A stretch of 62,037 bases of DNA, filler included, from Nitrospinae bacterium RIFCSPLOWO2_12_FULL_45_22 (GCA_001803565.1; 6 parts of 6 records of this genome joined end to end with filler, not necessarily neighbours in it); one strand, 5' to 3'. Numbered from the whole stretch's first letter, positions 26,814 through 38,629 are shown. A program made the numbers and translations. Notes: generated by a model not told the origin, from the letters alone.

Positions 26814-26820
26814 TATAAAG

Positions 26821-27336
26821 TTGATCCATCCATATGTAAAACTGGCCCGGGAGACGATATCTGAATATATCCAGAGGGGGAGGGTTTTATCTGCCCCGGT
26901 ACCCTTGCCAGAAGAATTGAATAAGCAGGCGGGGGTATTTGTCTCCTTGAAGAAGGCGGGACAACTCCGGGGCTGTATCGGGACTTTTAGCCCTACCCAG
27001 CCAGACCTGGCCCTGGAAATTATTCATAATGCTATCAGTGCCTCTAGCCGCGACCCACGCTTCCCACCCGTTACTGCCGACGAGCTGGATCAGATTAAGA
27101 TTTCAGTAGATATCCTATCCGAGCCAGCAAAAGTTGATAGCATAGATCAATTAGATCCCCGGCGATATGGGGTCATTGTAACCAGTGGTTACAAACGGGG
27201 ACTGCTCTTACCGGATTTAGAAGGGGTAGATACTGTAGAGGAGCAATTGGATATTGCCAGGCAGAAAGCTGGTATTAAGTCAGGAGAGAAGATAGAGATA
27301 ACGCGGTTTGAGGTTCAAAGATTCAAAGAGCCATAA
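26821..27336 (+). CDS. AMMECR1 domain (AmmeMemoRadiSam protein A)
   Basis: GVFVSL..LRGCIGT, DPRF, GLLLP. Confidence 0.9.
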   Translation: MIHPYVKLARETISEYIQRGRVLSAPVPLPEELNKQAGVFVSLKKAGQLRGCIGTFSPTQPDLALEIIHNAISASSRDPRFPPVTADELDQIKISVDILSEPAKVDSIDQLDPRRYGVIVTSGYKRGLLLPDLEGVDTVEEQLDIARQKAGIKSGEKIEITRFEVQRFKEP

Positions 27337-27357
27337 GAATATGCGGGGGGGTATAAT

Positions 27358-27627
27358 ATGGCTAAAGGCGGGCGAATCCCTTTATTTATCGTGTTGGTGG
27401 TCTTGGGCGGGTTAATAGGGACTATGTTGGGGGAGATTATAGCCCGGTTGTTACCTCCGGTAAGTAGGGTATTAGCCCTGGATCAGCCTTTAAAGATTGG
27501 CTTAGTTCAGCCTATACAGTTTAATCTGGAAATCTTATCTATTACCCTTGGATTTATAATAAAGTTTAATGTCATAACTATCTTAGGGATAATAGCGGGC
27601 ATTATCTTTTATTACCGGTATGATTGA
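27358..27627 (+). CDS. Small membrane protein (DUF4321-like)
   Basis: Hydrophobic; GGLIGTMLGEII...ITILGII. Confidence 0.65.
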   Translation: MAKGGRIPLFIVLVVLGGLIGTMLGEIIARLLPPVSRVLALDQPLKIGLVQPIQFNLEILSITLGFIIKFNVITILGIIAGIIFYYRYD

Positions 27628-27663
27628 GGCCCTTTAATACCACCGAGAGGAGGAGCCTAGGCT

Positions 27664-28836
27664 GTGGAAGTACCGGCTCAGATGAAGGGACTTGCAGGTT
27701 GGCAGAAACTTATGTTGGTAGGTTTTGCCCTTTGGTTGTTAGTGGCCTTCAGGGATACGGTTGGATTTGGTAGAGCACTCGGTCTCATGTTCGTGGAAGG
27801 GTTGGTCTCCATAACGGAGCTGCTCACCGGACTTTTCATCCTCCAGGGAGCCTGTGAGGCCCTTGTTCAGGCAGCGGAGCGGCTCGGTGCACGTCTCCGC
27901 TGGGATGGATATGTAGCTGGCACAGTGGGGGAAATCTGTTCTACACTTCCGGAGTTTGTAGTGATCGCCTTCATTGTACAGACGGAACCGCTTGCCGCCT
28001 TTATCATTGCCATCGTGACCATCTACAATAATGCCCTCATCTTCAGCATCTATTCGTTCTTCCTTCCCAAGAACCAATGGGGGCAATACGTCATGCCCCC
28101 ACCCATTACCAAGGCAGGGACTGAAGTTCTAATTGCCGGATCTGGAATCTACCTCACCATCGGTCTCTTGATGCTGGGATTAAGGACTGAGACCCACAAA
28201 GAGGCCCTGGCTTGGCCTGATCTCCTCGTCACCGCGATGGTTATGCTCGTTATCTTCGGTTATTACCTGCATACACTGGTAAAATATTACGTAAGTGGTG
28301 CGGAGGAGCACCGGCCGGCTGACCCGCATACCCTGGGACACCCCACGAATTGGAAAGGGATCATAGGACTCTTTATGCTGGGAATCCTGGGGTCAGTGTT
28401 GGGAGGAGAAAGCGTCTCGGGTTTTGCAGACGAAGCCTTGCATACCTTCAAGCTTCCTGCAGTAGCCACTAGCCTGGTACTGGCTTTCTTTGCCGGTATC
28501 TCTGAATATGTCATCGTTTACAAGGCCCATCGCCGCGGTGAGCTCGGCATCGCACTGTCCAATGTCTTCGGTGGCATCACTCAAGTGATGTTTCTGGTCG
28601 TTCCGTTTACCCTGCTGGTGATTGGTCTATTCAATCTCATCACTGGAGACCCCCGTTTTGTTGTGCCGATTAACTTTACTACAACGAGTATCATGGTTCT
28701 TCTCTTCCCTCTCTTTTTTGTTCTTCTCCAATACATTGAAGAGGACCATACGCTTTCCAATCTAGATGCAGCGGCTATGACCGGGATTTACCTCTTCCTT
28801 ATCTATGTCCTGGTTTTTACGAGTGCCGCTGGCTAG
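27664..28836 (+). CDS. Ca2+/cation antiporter (CaCA superfamily)
   Basis: Multiple TMs; alpha-repeats STLPEF and AGISEY...SNVFGG. Confidence 0.75.
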   Translation: MEVPAQMKGLAGWQKLMLVGFALWLLVAFRDTVGFGRALGLMFVEGLVSITELLTGLFILQGACEALVQAAERLGARLRWDGYVAGTVGEICSTLPEFVVIAFIVQTEPLAAFIIAIVTIYNNALIFSIYSFFLPKNQWGQYVMPPPITKAGTEVLIAGSGIYLTIGLLMLGLRTETHKEALAWPDLLVTAMVMLVIFGYYLHTLVKYYVSGAEEHRPADPHTLGHPTNWKGIIGLFMLGILGSVLGGESVSGFADEALHTFKLPAVATSLVLAFFAGISEYVIVYKAHRRGELGIALSNVFGGITQVMFLVVPFTLLVIGLFNLITGDPRFVVPINFTTTSIMVLLFPLFFVLLQYIEEDHTLSNLDAAAMTGIYLFLIYVLVFTSAAG

Positions 28837-28976
28837 TGGATTGTAACAAAATAAGCCAATAATCCTGCTGTTATATCGCCTACCATTATTATATAAAGAT
28901 TCCTGGCCATATCAGGTTTATTCTCTTCAGAGGCTTTTATATTACTTTCAGGTAAGCAAGGGGCAGGGTAGAAAAT

Positions 28977-30572
28977 TTAAGATCCCTCGTAGTAGGTACT
29001 TAAGGGACGGTTTTTTACTAAGTGGAATACCAGGCTCATTTCTCGAATATTGATTAGGTATGAGAACGCCGGATAAATGGTTATGCCTATCCCGATATTT
29101 AAAATTATCTGGGTCAATAGATTGGTATGAAAGCGGAAGAGGCCAGAGAGCCAGAGTTGCAATATTCCGGTAAATATGGTTGCACCTGCAATCTTAACCA
29201 GGACGGGTACGGATGACCATGCACCAATGTTTTTTAATCTCCGTTTTAGCATAATGATCAGGAAGGTCATAGAGAATAGATAGGTAACGGAGGTAGAGAG
29301 AGCAATCCCTACATGACCCCAGAAGCGCATGAATATCAGATTAAAGACTATATTCAGGATAAGGTTCTGTAAGGAGGCATACATCAGGACTTTAGTATTT
29401 TGTAAGGCACTAAACATCCGGGCAATAAAGACCCCGATAGCAAAAAAAACCAGCCCCACAGCATAAGCGGTCCAGGCCCGGGATACATTTAAGGTAGAAT
29501 GGGCATCAAAGGCCCCCCGCTGAAAAAATAGCTCTATCAATGGTCTTCCGATAATAGCTATTTCCATAGTCAGGGGAAGGAGGATAAAGGCTGATACCCG
29601 GATCAGTAATGAGAATGCCTTTTTTAGGTCATCCATATTATCTTCGGCTACCTGTTGCGAGAAAAAGGGTAGGATAGCACTACCTACACCCAGGATAAAC
29701 ATCTGTATAGGTATGCTATTCAACTTATCTGCATAGCTCAAGGCAGAGATACTACCCTCAGGCAGAAACGAGGCCATTATCCTATCCACGGCAATGTTTA
29801 TATGTGAGAAAGAGGCCCCTATCAACATAGGTCCCATCAGCCGCACTATCTTTCTTACTGCGGGGTGCCTAAAATCAAGGGTAAAGTTATCGAGTCGGTA
29901 AGGGATTTGGCCCCTGCTTAAGCCTATCAAAAGGACTCCTAGTTGTATAGTCGAGCCCAATATTAGACCATAGGCCAGGGCATATACTCCTTGGTCCCTG
30001 GCTAATATCAGGTAAACAATAGATATTACTGAGCCCACTATAGGGCAGAAAGCTGGTAGGGCAAAACGTTGGTAGGCATTGAATAAGAAAGTTATCAGAT
30101 CAAAGATACCGCTCAGGAATAATAATGGGGCCAGGAAACGCAACAGCCTTACAGTAAGCTCTTGCTGGCCGGGCTCAAAACCCGGTGCAACCATCAAGAC
30201 CAGCCAGGGAGCCAGTAAGGTCAGCAAGATAGTAATAATAAGCAGTACTAGCAAAGCCATAGAAAAAAATGTGTTGAAGACCTGATGGGCTTTTCCCTCA
30301 TCTTCCTGATGCCTCATCTGGATAAATACCGGTATGAATGATGCCTGGATAGAGCCAATAATAAGACAACTTATGATAGTCGGCAGGGTTAGAGCGGCAT
30401 AGTAAGCATCCAGGCTCCCACTAGTGCCAAAGTAATGGGCTATGACAATGTTCTTGATAAAGCTGAAGAAGTTTATGGCCAGATTAGCCAGGATCAAGGT
30501 GAAGGAGGCCCAGGCAATCTGAGCATACTGGGTTGGTTCAGGGGTGATACTGCTTTGCTGCTCTTCTATCAT
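28977..30572 (-). CDS. murJ: Lipid II flippase MurJ/MviN
   Basis: FGTS..DAY, SFIPVF, LSYA, FFQRGAF, GIALSTS; about 14 TMs. Confidence 0.88.
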   Translation of the reverse strand: MIEEQQSSITPEPTQYAQIAWASFTLILANLAINFFSFIKNIVIAHYFGTSGSLDAYYAALTLPTIISCLIIGSIQASFIPVFIQMRHQEDEGKAHQVFNTFFSMALLVLLIITILLTLLAPWLVLMVAPGFEPGQQELTVRLLRFLAPLLFLSGIFDLITFLFNAYQRFALPAFCPIVGSVISIVYLILARDQGVYALAYGLILGSTIQLGVLLIGLSRGQIPYRLDNFTLDFRHPAVRKIVRLMGPMLIGASFSHINIAVDRIMASFLPEGSISALSYADKLNSIPIQMFILGVGSAILPFFSQQVAEDNMDDLKKAFSLLIRVSAFILLPLTMEIAIIGRPLIELFFQRGAFDAHSTLNVSRAWTAYAVGLVFFAIGVFIARMFSALQNTKVLMYASLQNLILNIVFNLIFMRFWGHVGIALSTSVTYLFSMTFLIIMLKRRLKNIGAWSSVPVLVKIAGATIFTGILQLWLSGLFRFHTNLLTQIILNIGIGITIYPAFSYLINIREMSLVFHLVKNRPLSTYYEGS

Positions 30573-30849
30573 AGAAGCGATATGCCTTTCCTCCGATCAT
30601 CGCGTTTATTACTTACATTCAAGGGGTTTTTGCTCCCAGCCAATTATAGTATTTTTAGCTTGAGATTGTTACATTAACCAAATGATCCCTGGTCATTATT
30701 CGCCTCCTTTGCCTGTTTGCGGCTCTATTTTAACCTAAATACTTTAATCTGACAAAGTTAAGTTAGTGGTGGGTATTTTCTGTTTGACAGGTACGAAAAT
30801 CCCATGCTACACTCTCTAGAAGGGCAAACTATTAGTCCTGTCGTAATCC

Positions 30850-30949
30850 NNNNNNNNNNNNNNNNNNNNNNNNNNNNNNNNNNNNNNNNNNNNTTAATTA
30901 ATTAANNNNNNNNNNNNNNNNNNNNNNNNNNNNNNNNNNNNNNNNNNNN
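30850..30949. other. Artificial contig linker
   Basis: N-TTAATTAATTAA-N. Confidence 0.97.
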
Positions 30950-32907
30950 CGGTAGGCGCCAAAACCCTCCTTAACGATACCCAGGGGCCAGTTCTGTACC
31001 CGGTCAAACTCGGCCTCATTAAGCAGATAGGGGAATTTATCCGGGTCAGCCAGGGCATCAAGCAGGGCGGGTGCGTTCGCTACCAGTCCCCAGGGCCAGT
31101 GGTCCTGCTCCTGTCTGGTGCCGCTGATAATAGTCGCCCCGGCCTTGAGCGACCAATGGTCAGTAATGAGCCACTCGCAGTTGATACCACCGGTAGTGGC
31201 ATTGTACTGCGGAGAATAGGCGATCCAGGCCTGGGGCGTGATCCGGTCCCGATAATAATTGGTCTGGGCCAGGAAGGTAAAGGTAAAGTTATTGGCCCAG
31301 TCTATCATCCCGGTATGCTCCCCACCGCTATGGCGCAGGTNNNNNNNNNNNNNNNNNNNNNNNNNNNNNNNNNNACCGGTATGCTCCCCACCGCTATGGC
31401 GCAGGTTATGGGTAGCCAATGCCTGGCCACTAAGGAAGATACTCTTGCCGGGGTTCAGCAACGGGATATAGGTAGGCCGATCAATGCCCACAGCCCACTT
31501 CAAGCGATCTACCCGATCCTTCCAATCCCATTTATCCGTATTAGTGATCAGGACCTTGGGAGTAAAGGAAGACTCTATGCGCCATACGGTCGAGGTATAT
31601 TGCTCAAAATAGTCTACGGATAAACCAAAGGTATTCTTTCTGGGGTTCTCGATCACACCAAAACCCCCTTCTGGTATGGGCATACCCATCAGGGCACTCA
31701 AGACCGGGTCCGGGCCATAGGAACCACCCAGGTAGTTAGATACTAAGTCTAACAGTCCTTTGTAGGGCCGACCGGGGTAAGGGGACCATTTAGCCCAGGG
31801 ATTAATCATATGCAGATACCCATCATCGTCAAAGCCATACCAGTGGGTCAGGGCAAAGCGCCAGTCTTTATAGCGCCACTCTAACCGCCCACCCCACTCG
31901 CTATTGCTCATAGAGGAACCATACTTCTTTACCTTCCAGAGGGCCTGAGTACCCCACGCATCAGGTTGGCTACCATAGGGACGAGGGACACCTAATAACC
32001 TACCCAATGCCCCGGAGGCATCAAAGAACTGACTATACAGCCTCAGATTCTCGGCAAAGGGGTTGGCCCAGGGCTCTCCCCCCTGCCCCAGACCAGTCGG
32101 CTCAAAGTCATCCCAGAGCCATACCCCCTCAAGGGCAATATTATCAAAAGGACCAATGGTGCCAATTTGATACTGATAGCGGGTAGACCATTGCGGGATG
32201 CGGATGTCTTCCCAGGAGTCATAGAAACCATGCCGACCGAAGTCTATCGGGTTAGGGATGTCCTGCGAGCGGAAGAAGTCGGTCTTACCCCAGACGATTT
32301 GTTGCTTGCCGATGCGGAACCAGTGGGGGCCAGCAGTAATATCCAGATAGAGCTCTCGCAGCTCATTCTCATCACTGGAGTCGTTATGCCACCACTCCAG
32401 CTTGCTCTCGGTATAGCCCACATTGTTCCGGCCACTCCCCCAGGCCCGCTTCACCACGGGTACTACAGGTAGCACCACTGGCTGATCGGTCTCAAAGGCC
32501 CGGGGCAGTTTCAACCACCGGGTCAGGGTAGAGCCGTTCCAGACAAACCGGGCGGCATCGTCCCCATAGGTATCGGGGTTCAGGTCATAGACCCCATCAT
32601 AGACCGCCCGGGTAGTAGTGAAGAGGTCTACCCGGTTAATAAAGCCCCAGTTCTTTATCAGGTTCTCTACGGTGATCTCAAACTGGGCTGTGTTACGGAA
32701 TGAAGTGAGCTGCATCTGTTTGCTGAAGCGAAAATCATCTGAGCGCATGATGGTATAATTCTCTAAAAAACCCTCTACAATCAGGTTCCTTTCCCCAGGT
32801 AATAGATATTCCATCCTGCCCTGGGAAATGCCTGGTAAGACCAGTGGTAAAACCAAAACTAACAATATTAACACGCTTCGGAGAACGAATTTCATTCTTC
32901 TAACCAT
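30950..32907 (-). CDS. DUF1302-like outer-membrane protein (C-terminus cut by contig edge)
   Basis: Signal peptide; LRELYLD, RIGKQQIVWGKTD..NP.D; context with DUF1329/RND/YCF48. Confidence 0.8.
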
Positions 32908-33213
32908 AGCACCCTCCTTCTGTGTCGTTATTAGCTCTCATGGTAACGGCTAAGGCAGTATTTTAACCCGGAACTCACGCTTATCGAGGAGACAGAAACC
33001 AATGCAACGAGTCAGTCTTGCAATTGATGAACAGCGAAAATCTCTCCTATTCGCTACCGTCAGAGGGAAATTGGCAAGGGGAAGAGCAGCGGTCAGCAAA
33101 AATTCTATCGCACTTGGGGCTGGAGCAACTCGGCTTCAGATAACAGGTGGAATATCGTTGGCTTAATTTATTTATCTTCTAAAGCATCACCTCCTTCGCT
33201 GATTCGTTACCGA

Positions 33214-34575
33214 TTAGCGGCCGCGGGTGAGGCGGTTGATATCAAAATACTTTACCGTACCCGGGCCACTCATCTTCTCGGTTGTTTCTCCTGGGATACC
33301 CTGGTAAACGCTGGCGGTCCATTTCGAATCTGGGCCGGGCATGGCAATAGTACCCTTATTATTCTGATAATCTATACAGGTAAGGGAGGCCCATACTGGC
33401 AGACGCAACCCCTTGTTTTGCGGGTTAAAGCCATCCTCACTCCAGTACCAGCCCAAAATAAAGCCTTTCCAGAGCTCATTCTTCTTATCCCAGGCCGAAG
33501 TCCAGGTGGAATACATGGTCTGGACATCTACATAGAAGAGCTTACGGGCATAGGGATGCCTTTCCCATTTAGGGATATTATCCACGATAAAGGTATCCCG
33601 GAGCTCCCAGCGGGTAATAGGTATCAATTTATGATGCCCATAGAGGTCATTATCCGTAATAGTCTTTTTATCTATGGCGATAGAGGTAAGCATCTTCCTG
33701 CGGTTAATAAGTTTCCATTCCCAATCAGCCGGTCGTCCAGAGAAGTTATAAAAATCGTCTATGGTATACTCCGTGCCCATAAAGGAGTCGGCCCGGGTCG
33801 CCATAGACATACGCCGCACCCGGCGCAAGGCCGGCACATAGGCCCAACCATCATCCTCTTTGAAAGAATCGGCATAACGGAAAGAGACGAAGGTGGTATC
33901 CTTCACATCAAAGGGCATGGTGATCTGTACCCACTCCTTGCGCTGGAAGTCTTTAGCATCCGGGGCCTCAACGGTATAGTTATTCTCTGGCAAATCGGCC
34001 CGGTGGGTAAAATAGGTCCTTTTATATAACCCGCCCACTTTGCGGTCTATAGTACCGCCGGGGCTCCTGAGCCAACCCTCCCAGTGATCAGCGCCTAATC
34101 CTTCATTCTGCCAGCGGTATTCCCAGTTCCATACCAGCTTATAGCCGGCCTGCGGGTCACCCACCTTGATACTATCCGAGGGAAATGGGTAGCCAGCAAC
34201 ATAGTCGAGCAGTTCGCCTTTGGGACCGATCCTGGCCTGGGTGCCAAATTTTTTCGTTGCTTCAAGATAGAGGGGATGAGGAGAATAGTCGCGGGTCTCG
34301 GCAATAGTGATCTTCATATCCTTAGTAAAGATAGCGCTCCAGAACTCCCGCGGTATCCAGGGCTTGAGTTTCTCTATATCCTTGTAAGTGAGCACATCCC
34401 CGGGCTTAAACTGGGGCTCACCCGGGTCTTGTTTGAACCACTCCAGACACTCATCCAGCTTGACCAACTCCAGCTCCTGCGCCCACAGGACAAAACTGCT
34501 TACCAGGACCAACGTAGTGACGACCAACCCAACCAAGAAAGCCTTTTGTAACATAACCTGCGCCCCCCTTCTCAT
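33214..34575 (-). CDS. DUF1329 family periplasmic (lipoprotein-sorting-like) protein
   Basis: G.PFP, WAYVPALRRVRR, WELR, HPY.RK..YVD. Confidence 0.85.
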   Translation of the reverse strand: MRRGAQVMLQKAFLVGLVVTTLVLVSSFVLWAQELELVKLDECLEWFKQDPGEPQFKPGDVLTYKDIEKLKPWIPREFWSAIFTKDMKITIAETRDYSPHPLYLEATKKFGTQARIGPKGELLDYVAGYPFPSDSIKVGDPQAGYKLVWNWEYRWQNEGLGADHWEGWLRSPGGTIDRKVGGLYKRTYFTHRADLPENNYTVEAPDAKDFQRKEWVQITMPFDVKDTTFVSFRYADSFKEDDGWAYVPALRRVRRMSMATRADSFMGTEYTIDDFYNFSGRPADWEWKLINRRKMLTSIAIDKKTITDNDLYGHHKLIPITRWELRDTFIVDNIPKWERHPYARKLFYVDVQTMYSTWTSAWDKKNELWKGFILGWYWSEDGFNPQNKGLRLPVWASLTCIDYQNNKGTIAMPGPDSKWTASVYQGIPGETTEKMSGPGTVKYFDINRLTRGR

Positions 34576-34655
34576 ATTGATTAATGGTTACTGGTTATTT
34601 CTTTGGTTTTTCTGTCTCTTCAAGGTATAAGGTATAATGATTAACAACAAAATTA

Positions 34656-37193
34656 TTACTCTACTAACTGAACTACAATACCATGGACCATCATGGCAAT
34701 ACCCAGGCCACCCAATACGGAAAAGAAATAGGTATCAATATTTCGGTGCCCGGTAGATAGAGCATAGAGGGATATAGCGCCCATACCTGCTATAACTATG
34801 ATTATAGTGAGTATAATACGCTGTATCCGCCTCTTCCGGGCCATAGCCGGGTCTTTCTCTCCTAGGGCAAACCGGGGCTTGATGATAGAGAACAGGGCTG
34901 GCACCAGGGTCACAGCAAATACACCATTAGCAGTCAGGACAATAGCCAGTAGCAGGGCCATCTCGGCCATAAACCGGATACTGGATAGGGGATACCAGAA
35001 GAGGATGCCGGCCACCAGACAGACCGCGGTAAAGGTCACGGCCATACCCGTGGTAGAGATGGCCTTACGGATAGCGGCATCCATATCACCACCCAGGGTC
35101 CGATACTCCTTCTTCATGCGATCCACAATATATACCGCATAGTCTACACCCACACCCACACCGATAGCAGCCACCGGCAAGGTATTGACATTCATACCGA
35201 TATTTTGCCAGGCCATATAAGCCAGGGCAATGAGGGTAGCCAGGCCCAGCGGGGCCACGATCAGGCAAGAGGCTATTGCGGAGAAATAGCTGACAAAGAC
35301 ACAGAAAAAGACCATAGAGAAGACCAGGATATTGTTCCAATGGTCTGACCATTCAATGTCCTCATTGGTAGCGGCCAGGACACCAATCAGCCCCCCGGCC
35401 AGTTTGTATTTAAAATCCTTCTGGGGATTTTCGGCAATAAACTCCTTGGTCTTCTCCAGGGCACTGGTAATAGTAGCGCCGGTCGTATCTTTATAATACA
35501 CGGCCAGGTTGGCCTCTTTGCCTTTATAATCAATATAAGAGCTGAGGACCCGCGGCACCGGCGAGCCCGCCTCATACATGAACATCAGACCTCCTACATC
35601 CTCAAGACTATCAGGTATGGTGGACCACATGGGGTCTTCGTAATGATACATCTTGTTGATGGATTTCATCAGGGTAGCAATGCTGAATTCACCACCGGCC
35701 TGCGGGTCTTCCACCAGATATTCCCCCATCCGCTCCATAACCTTTAGGGCCTCTGGCTCTTTAATAATATTCTCTTTGTCACCCGAGAAGATCACATAGA
35801 GGTGATTAGCCCCAGCAAACTTGCTGTTTATAGCCCGGGCAGAGACATTATAGTCATGTTCAGGCCAGAGTAGCGGTGAGCCCGGCTTGGTATCGCCATA
35901 GGTGATATAATAAGAGGTGGGGAAAACAAGGGCAAAGAGCAGGATAGCGGCCCCTAGTATGCCCCACCGCCTTGTCTTACCTGTAGATAGCTTCGCCATC
36001 TGCTCCAGGTACCAATGGACTGGCCCCACTACATACCGCTGGCGCTGGTGTGGGGCGGGCAGATAAGAGATCAGGATAGGGGTGAGCATTAGCACAGAAA
36101 AGATGATACTCATGCCCCAGAAGGTATTGAAGAAGGCCAGCCGATGCATCATGGGTATGCTGGATACCGAGACCACAAAGATACCCATCGCATCCGTAAC
36201 TACAGAGATCATACCGGGTACAAAGAGGTCCCCCATGGCCTTGGTAGCAGAGTACTTCTTATCCCCGGTATCTTCATATTCTTCCAGGAAGCGCTCGGTC
36301 ATCTGTACCGAATGGCTGATACAGCGGGCCGTCACCAGCAGGTGGACAATAAGGATCAGGGGATCGAAATTATAACCGGCAATACCGGCAAAACCCACAC
36401 CCCAAATACAACTGATCCCCGCACCCACAAAAGGCACCAGCACACCCACCAGGCGGCGGAAATAGAAGATCAATAAGCCAAACAATACCAGCAGAGTGAT
36501 AGATATGGCCACAATTATGGAAGCGCCCCGGTACAGTTGCGTGGTATGCCCATAATGATAATAGATCCAACCATAGAGCATAGGAGAGCCACTAATATAT
36601 AGGGTAGTATTATTATCTTCTAATTCCTTTCTCATTTTTTGCAGCCGCTCAAAGACAATACTATAGTTGAGTCGCTGCTCATAAAAGGCTGCCGAGACCA
36701 GAGCTGCTTTACCATCATAAGAGACCAACCGCCCCCGTACATTATCATTAATAAAGCAATCCCGTTTAAACTGAGCCAGTTCTTCTTTGGTCTTAGGCAT
36801 AATATCGGGCATGACGGGATAAGAATTCAACGTCCCATCCGGGGTAATGACCAGGGAGCGTACCTTGGGGTGGGCGATAGATTCAAGCTGGTAATGGTTT
36901 ATACCAGGGATCAGGTCGAGCTGGTCAGTAAGATATTTAATCTTTTGCAGGGTCTTGGTATTAAAGATATCCCCTTGTTTTACCTCTAAGGAGATAGTTA
37001 CGATATTAGCGCCACCAAACTTATCCCGTACCTCTTTATGGAGGTCGATATAGGGGTGTTTTTGGGGCAGGAGTTCGTCAAAAGAGGTCAAGACATGCAC
37101 ATCCATAAAATTGAGGAATAGATAAGTAGTAGCCCCCAGGATTAATAACGTAGCCAGGAGCCTATGCCGCATCACCAATTCTGCAAAACGCAT
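34656..37193 (-). CDS. MMPL/RND family transporter
   Basis: Two TM repeats; LLPQKHPYI, FGGAN, GVGVDYAVY. Confidence 0.9.
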   Translation of the reverse strand: MRFAELVMRHRLLATLLILGATTYLFLNFMDVHVLTSFDELLPQKHPYIDLHKEVRDKFGGANIVTISLEVKQGDIFNTKTLQKIKYLTDQLDLIPGINHYQLESIAHPKVRSLVITPDGTLNSYPVMPDIMPKTKEELAQFKRDCFINDNVRGRLVSYDGKAALVSAAFYEQRLNYSIVFERLQKMRKELEDNNTTLYISGSPMLYGWIYYHYGHTTQLYRGASIIVAISITLLVLFGLLIFYFRRLVGVLVPFVGAGISCIWGVGFAGIAGYNFDPLILIVHLLVTARCISHSVQMTERFLEEYEDTGDKKYSATKAMGDLFVPGMISVVTDAMGIFVVSVSSIPMMHRLAFFNTFWGMSIIFSVLMLTPILISYLPAPHQRQRYVVGPVHWYLEQMAKLSTGKTRRWGILGAAILLFALVFPTSYYITYGDTKPGSPLLWPEHDYNVSARAINSKFAGANHLYVIFSGDKENIIKEPEALKVMERMGEYLVEDPQAGGEFSIATLMKSINKMYHYEDPMWSTIPDSLEDVGGLMFMYEAGSPVPRVLSSYIDYKGKEANLAVYYKDTTGATITSALEKTKEFIAENPQKDFKYKLAGGLIGVLAATNEDIEWSDHWNNILVFSMVFFCVFVSYFSAIASCLIVAPLGLATLIALAYMAWQNIGMNVNTLPVAAIGVGVGVDYAVYIVDRMKKEYRTLGGDMDAAIRKAISTTGMAVTFTAVCLVAGILFWYPLSSIRFMAEMALLLAIVLTANGVFAVTLVPALFSIIKPRFALGEKDPAMARKRRIQRIILTIIIVIAGMGAISLYALSTGHRNIDTYFFSVLGGLGIAMMVHGIVVQLVE

Positions 37194-37344
37194 CTATGCT
37201 CCTCCTTATTTCTTATAAGCATTCAGCTTTCAGCCAGTCTTTGGTGAGTGGTTAATTGGTAAATAGTTAATTAGTAATACCCACCACTCACCAATTAACC
37301 AGTAAAATGCTGCCTGCTGATTATTGAGTGCTGAACACTAACAG

Positions 37345-38394
37345 TTATTGCTTTGGGGGGAAGAGTTGCTGCCAGGTCTGCCCTCCATCCCCGGTCTTGA
37401 AGATGGTGCCGCTCCCTCCTACTACCCACCCTACCTCCCGGTCCGAGGAAAAGGCTGTGCCCCGAAACCAATTTATGGACTCAATATCTTTAATATTGTG
37501 CCAGCTATTCTCTGGATCATCAGAATATTTTAAGGCCGTGCCTACCGAACCGAAGGCAAAATCTTCTTTGCCTAAGCCAATAGAAAATAGGTTCTGAATG
37601 GTGTGAGAAGGGACTTTCCGCCAGCTCTGGCCACCATCCTCGGTATGGACAGTAGTGCCAGCCAGCCCTGCTACCCAGCCATGGGCCAGATCCCGGAATT
37701 TAATATCATACCAATAGGTACTGGTTGGCATTTCTTCCAGGAAATTTTCCTGGGGTTGCCAGGTCAAGCCACCATCTTCGGTATGGAGTATATGGGCAAA
37801 TTCCCCTATTATCCAGCCCTGCTGGGCATCATAAAAATATACCCGGTTGAGGACCAGGTCAGGGTTCTCTTCTGGCCGCAAAAACTTATCCAGTTGCTCG
37901 ACCGGCCAGGTCTTCAATGATCTATCTTGCCAGGTCTTGCCACTGTCGGGGCTATGGAGGATAGTGCCAAAGTCGCCCACGGCCCAGATATTTTGTCTAT
38001 CAGCATAGGCCACTGAGATAAGATGGTGCTTTGTGCCGCTGGTAGCTTTTATCCAGGTCTTACCACCGTCGTCGGTACGCAGGATAGCCCCCTCCCGGCC
38101 GGTGATAATACCCTGCCTCTCATCAATAAACTTGACACTGTATAAAGGCTTATCCGTACCACTGGTCTGCAATTCCCAGGTCTTACCACCATTAGCCGTA
38201 TGGAGTATCTTGCCCCAATAGCCTACTACCCAGGCATGCTCTCTGCCTACTGCCGCTACGCCATATAAACTATCCCGCTCGCTAATAATTGCTGTTTGCG
38301 CTCTTATTTTTGCGGGTAAAAGGAAAAGGGTTAGGGATACTCCGAGGATTGTTAGTAGATAGAGGGACCGGCGCTTGACTAGAAATATAGACAT
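37345..38394 (-). CDS. YCF48/BNR-repeat beta-propeller protein
   Basis: Repeated G.ILHTxDGGxTW Asp-box motifs; signal peptide. Confidence 0.9.
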   Translation of the reverse strand: MSIFLVKRRSLYLLTILGVSLTLFLLPAKIRAQTAIISERDSLYGVAAVGREHAWVVGYWGKILHTANGGKTWELQTSGTDKPLYSVKFIDERQGIITGREGAILRTDDGGKTWIKATSGTKHHLISVAYADRQNIWAVGDFGTILHSPDSGKTWQDRSLKTWPVEQLDKFLRPEENPDLVLNRVYFYDAQQGWIIGEFAHILHTEDGGLTWQPQENFLEEMPTSTYWYDIKFRDLAHGWVAGLAGTTVHTEDGGQSWRKVPSHTIQNLFSIGLGKEDFAFGSVGTALKYSDDPENSWHNIKDIESINWFRGTAFSSDREVGWVVGGSGTIFKTGDGGQTWQQLFPPKQ

Positions 38395-38437
38395 GCTATC
38401 TGATTCCTCCCTTAAAAAATCGAAAGATCAGGCGGAA

Positions 38438-38537
38438 NNNNNNNNNNNNNNNNNNNNNNNNNNNNNNNNNNNNNNNNNNNNTTAATTAATTAANNNNNNN
38501 NNNNNNNNNNNNNNNNNNNNNNNNNNNNNNNNNNNNN
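38438..38537. other. Artificial contig linker
   Basis: N-TTAATTAATTAA-N. Confidence 0.97.
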
Positions 38538-38629
38538 TGGGAGTTCTATTTTACCCAGAAAACCTTATTTCTTATGCTATTGAGAAAGAACTATTATGAA
38601 AATTTACCCACACAAAACTTAGTAGACCC
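38538..38629. mobile_element. Probable end of an insertion sequence (IS256-like terminal repeat)
   Basis: Ends CACACAAAACTTAGTAGACCC where PHP homology stops; contig breaks 90 bp away. Confidence 0.4.

Noticed and set aside
31309-31407. Direct duplication (LRHSGGEHTG twice) in the DUF1302 gene
   Set aside because: The copies flank an N gap (31341-31374), typical of a scaffolding overlap artefact
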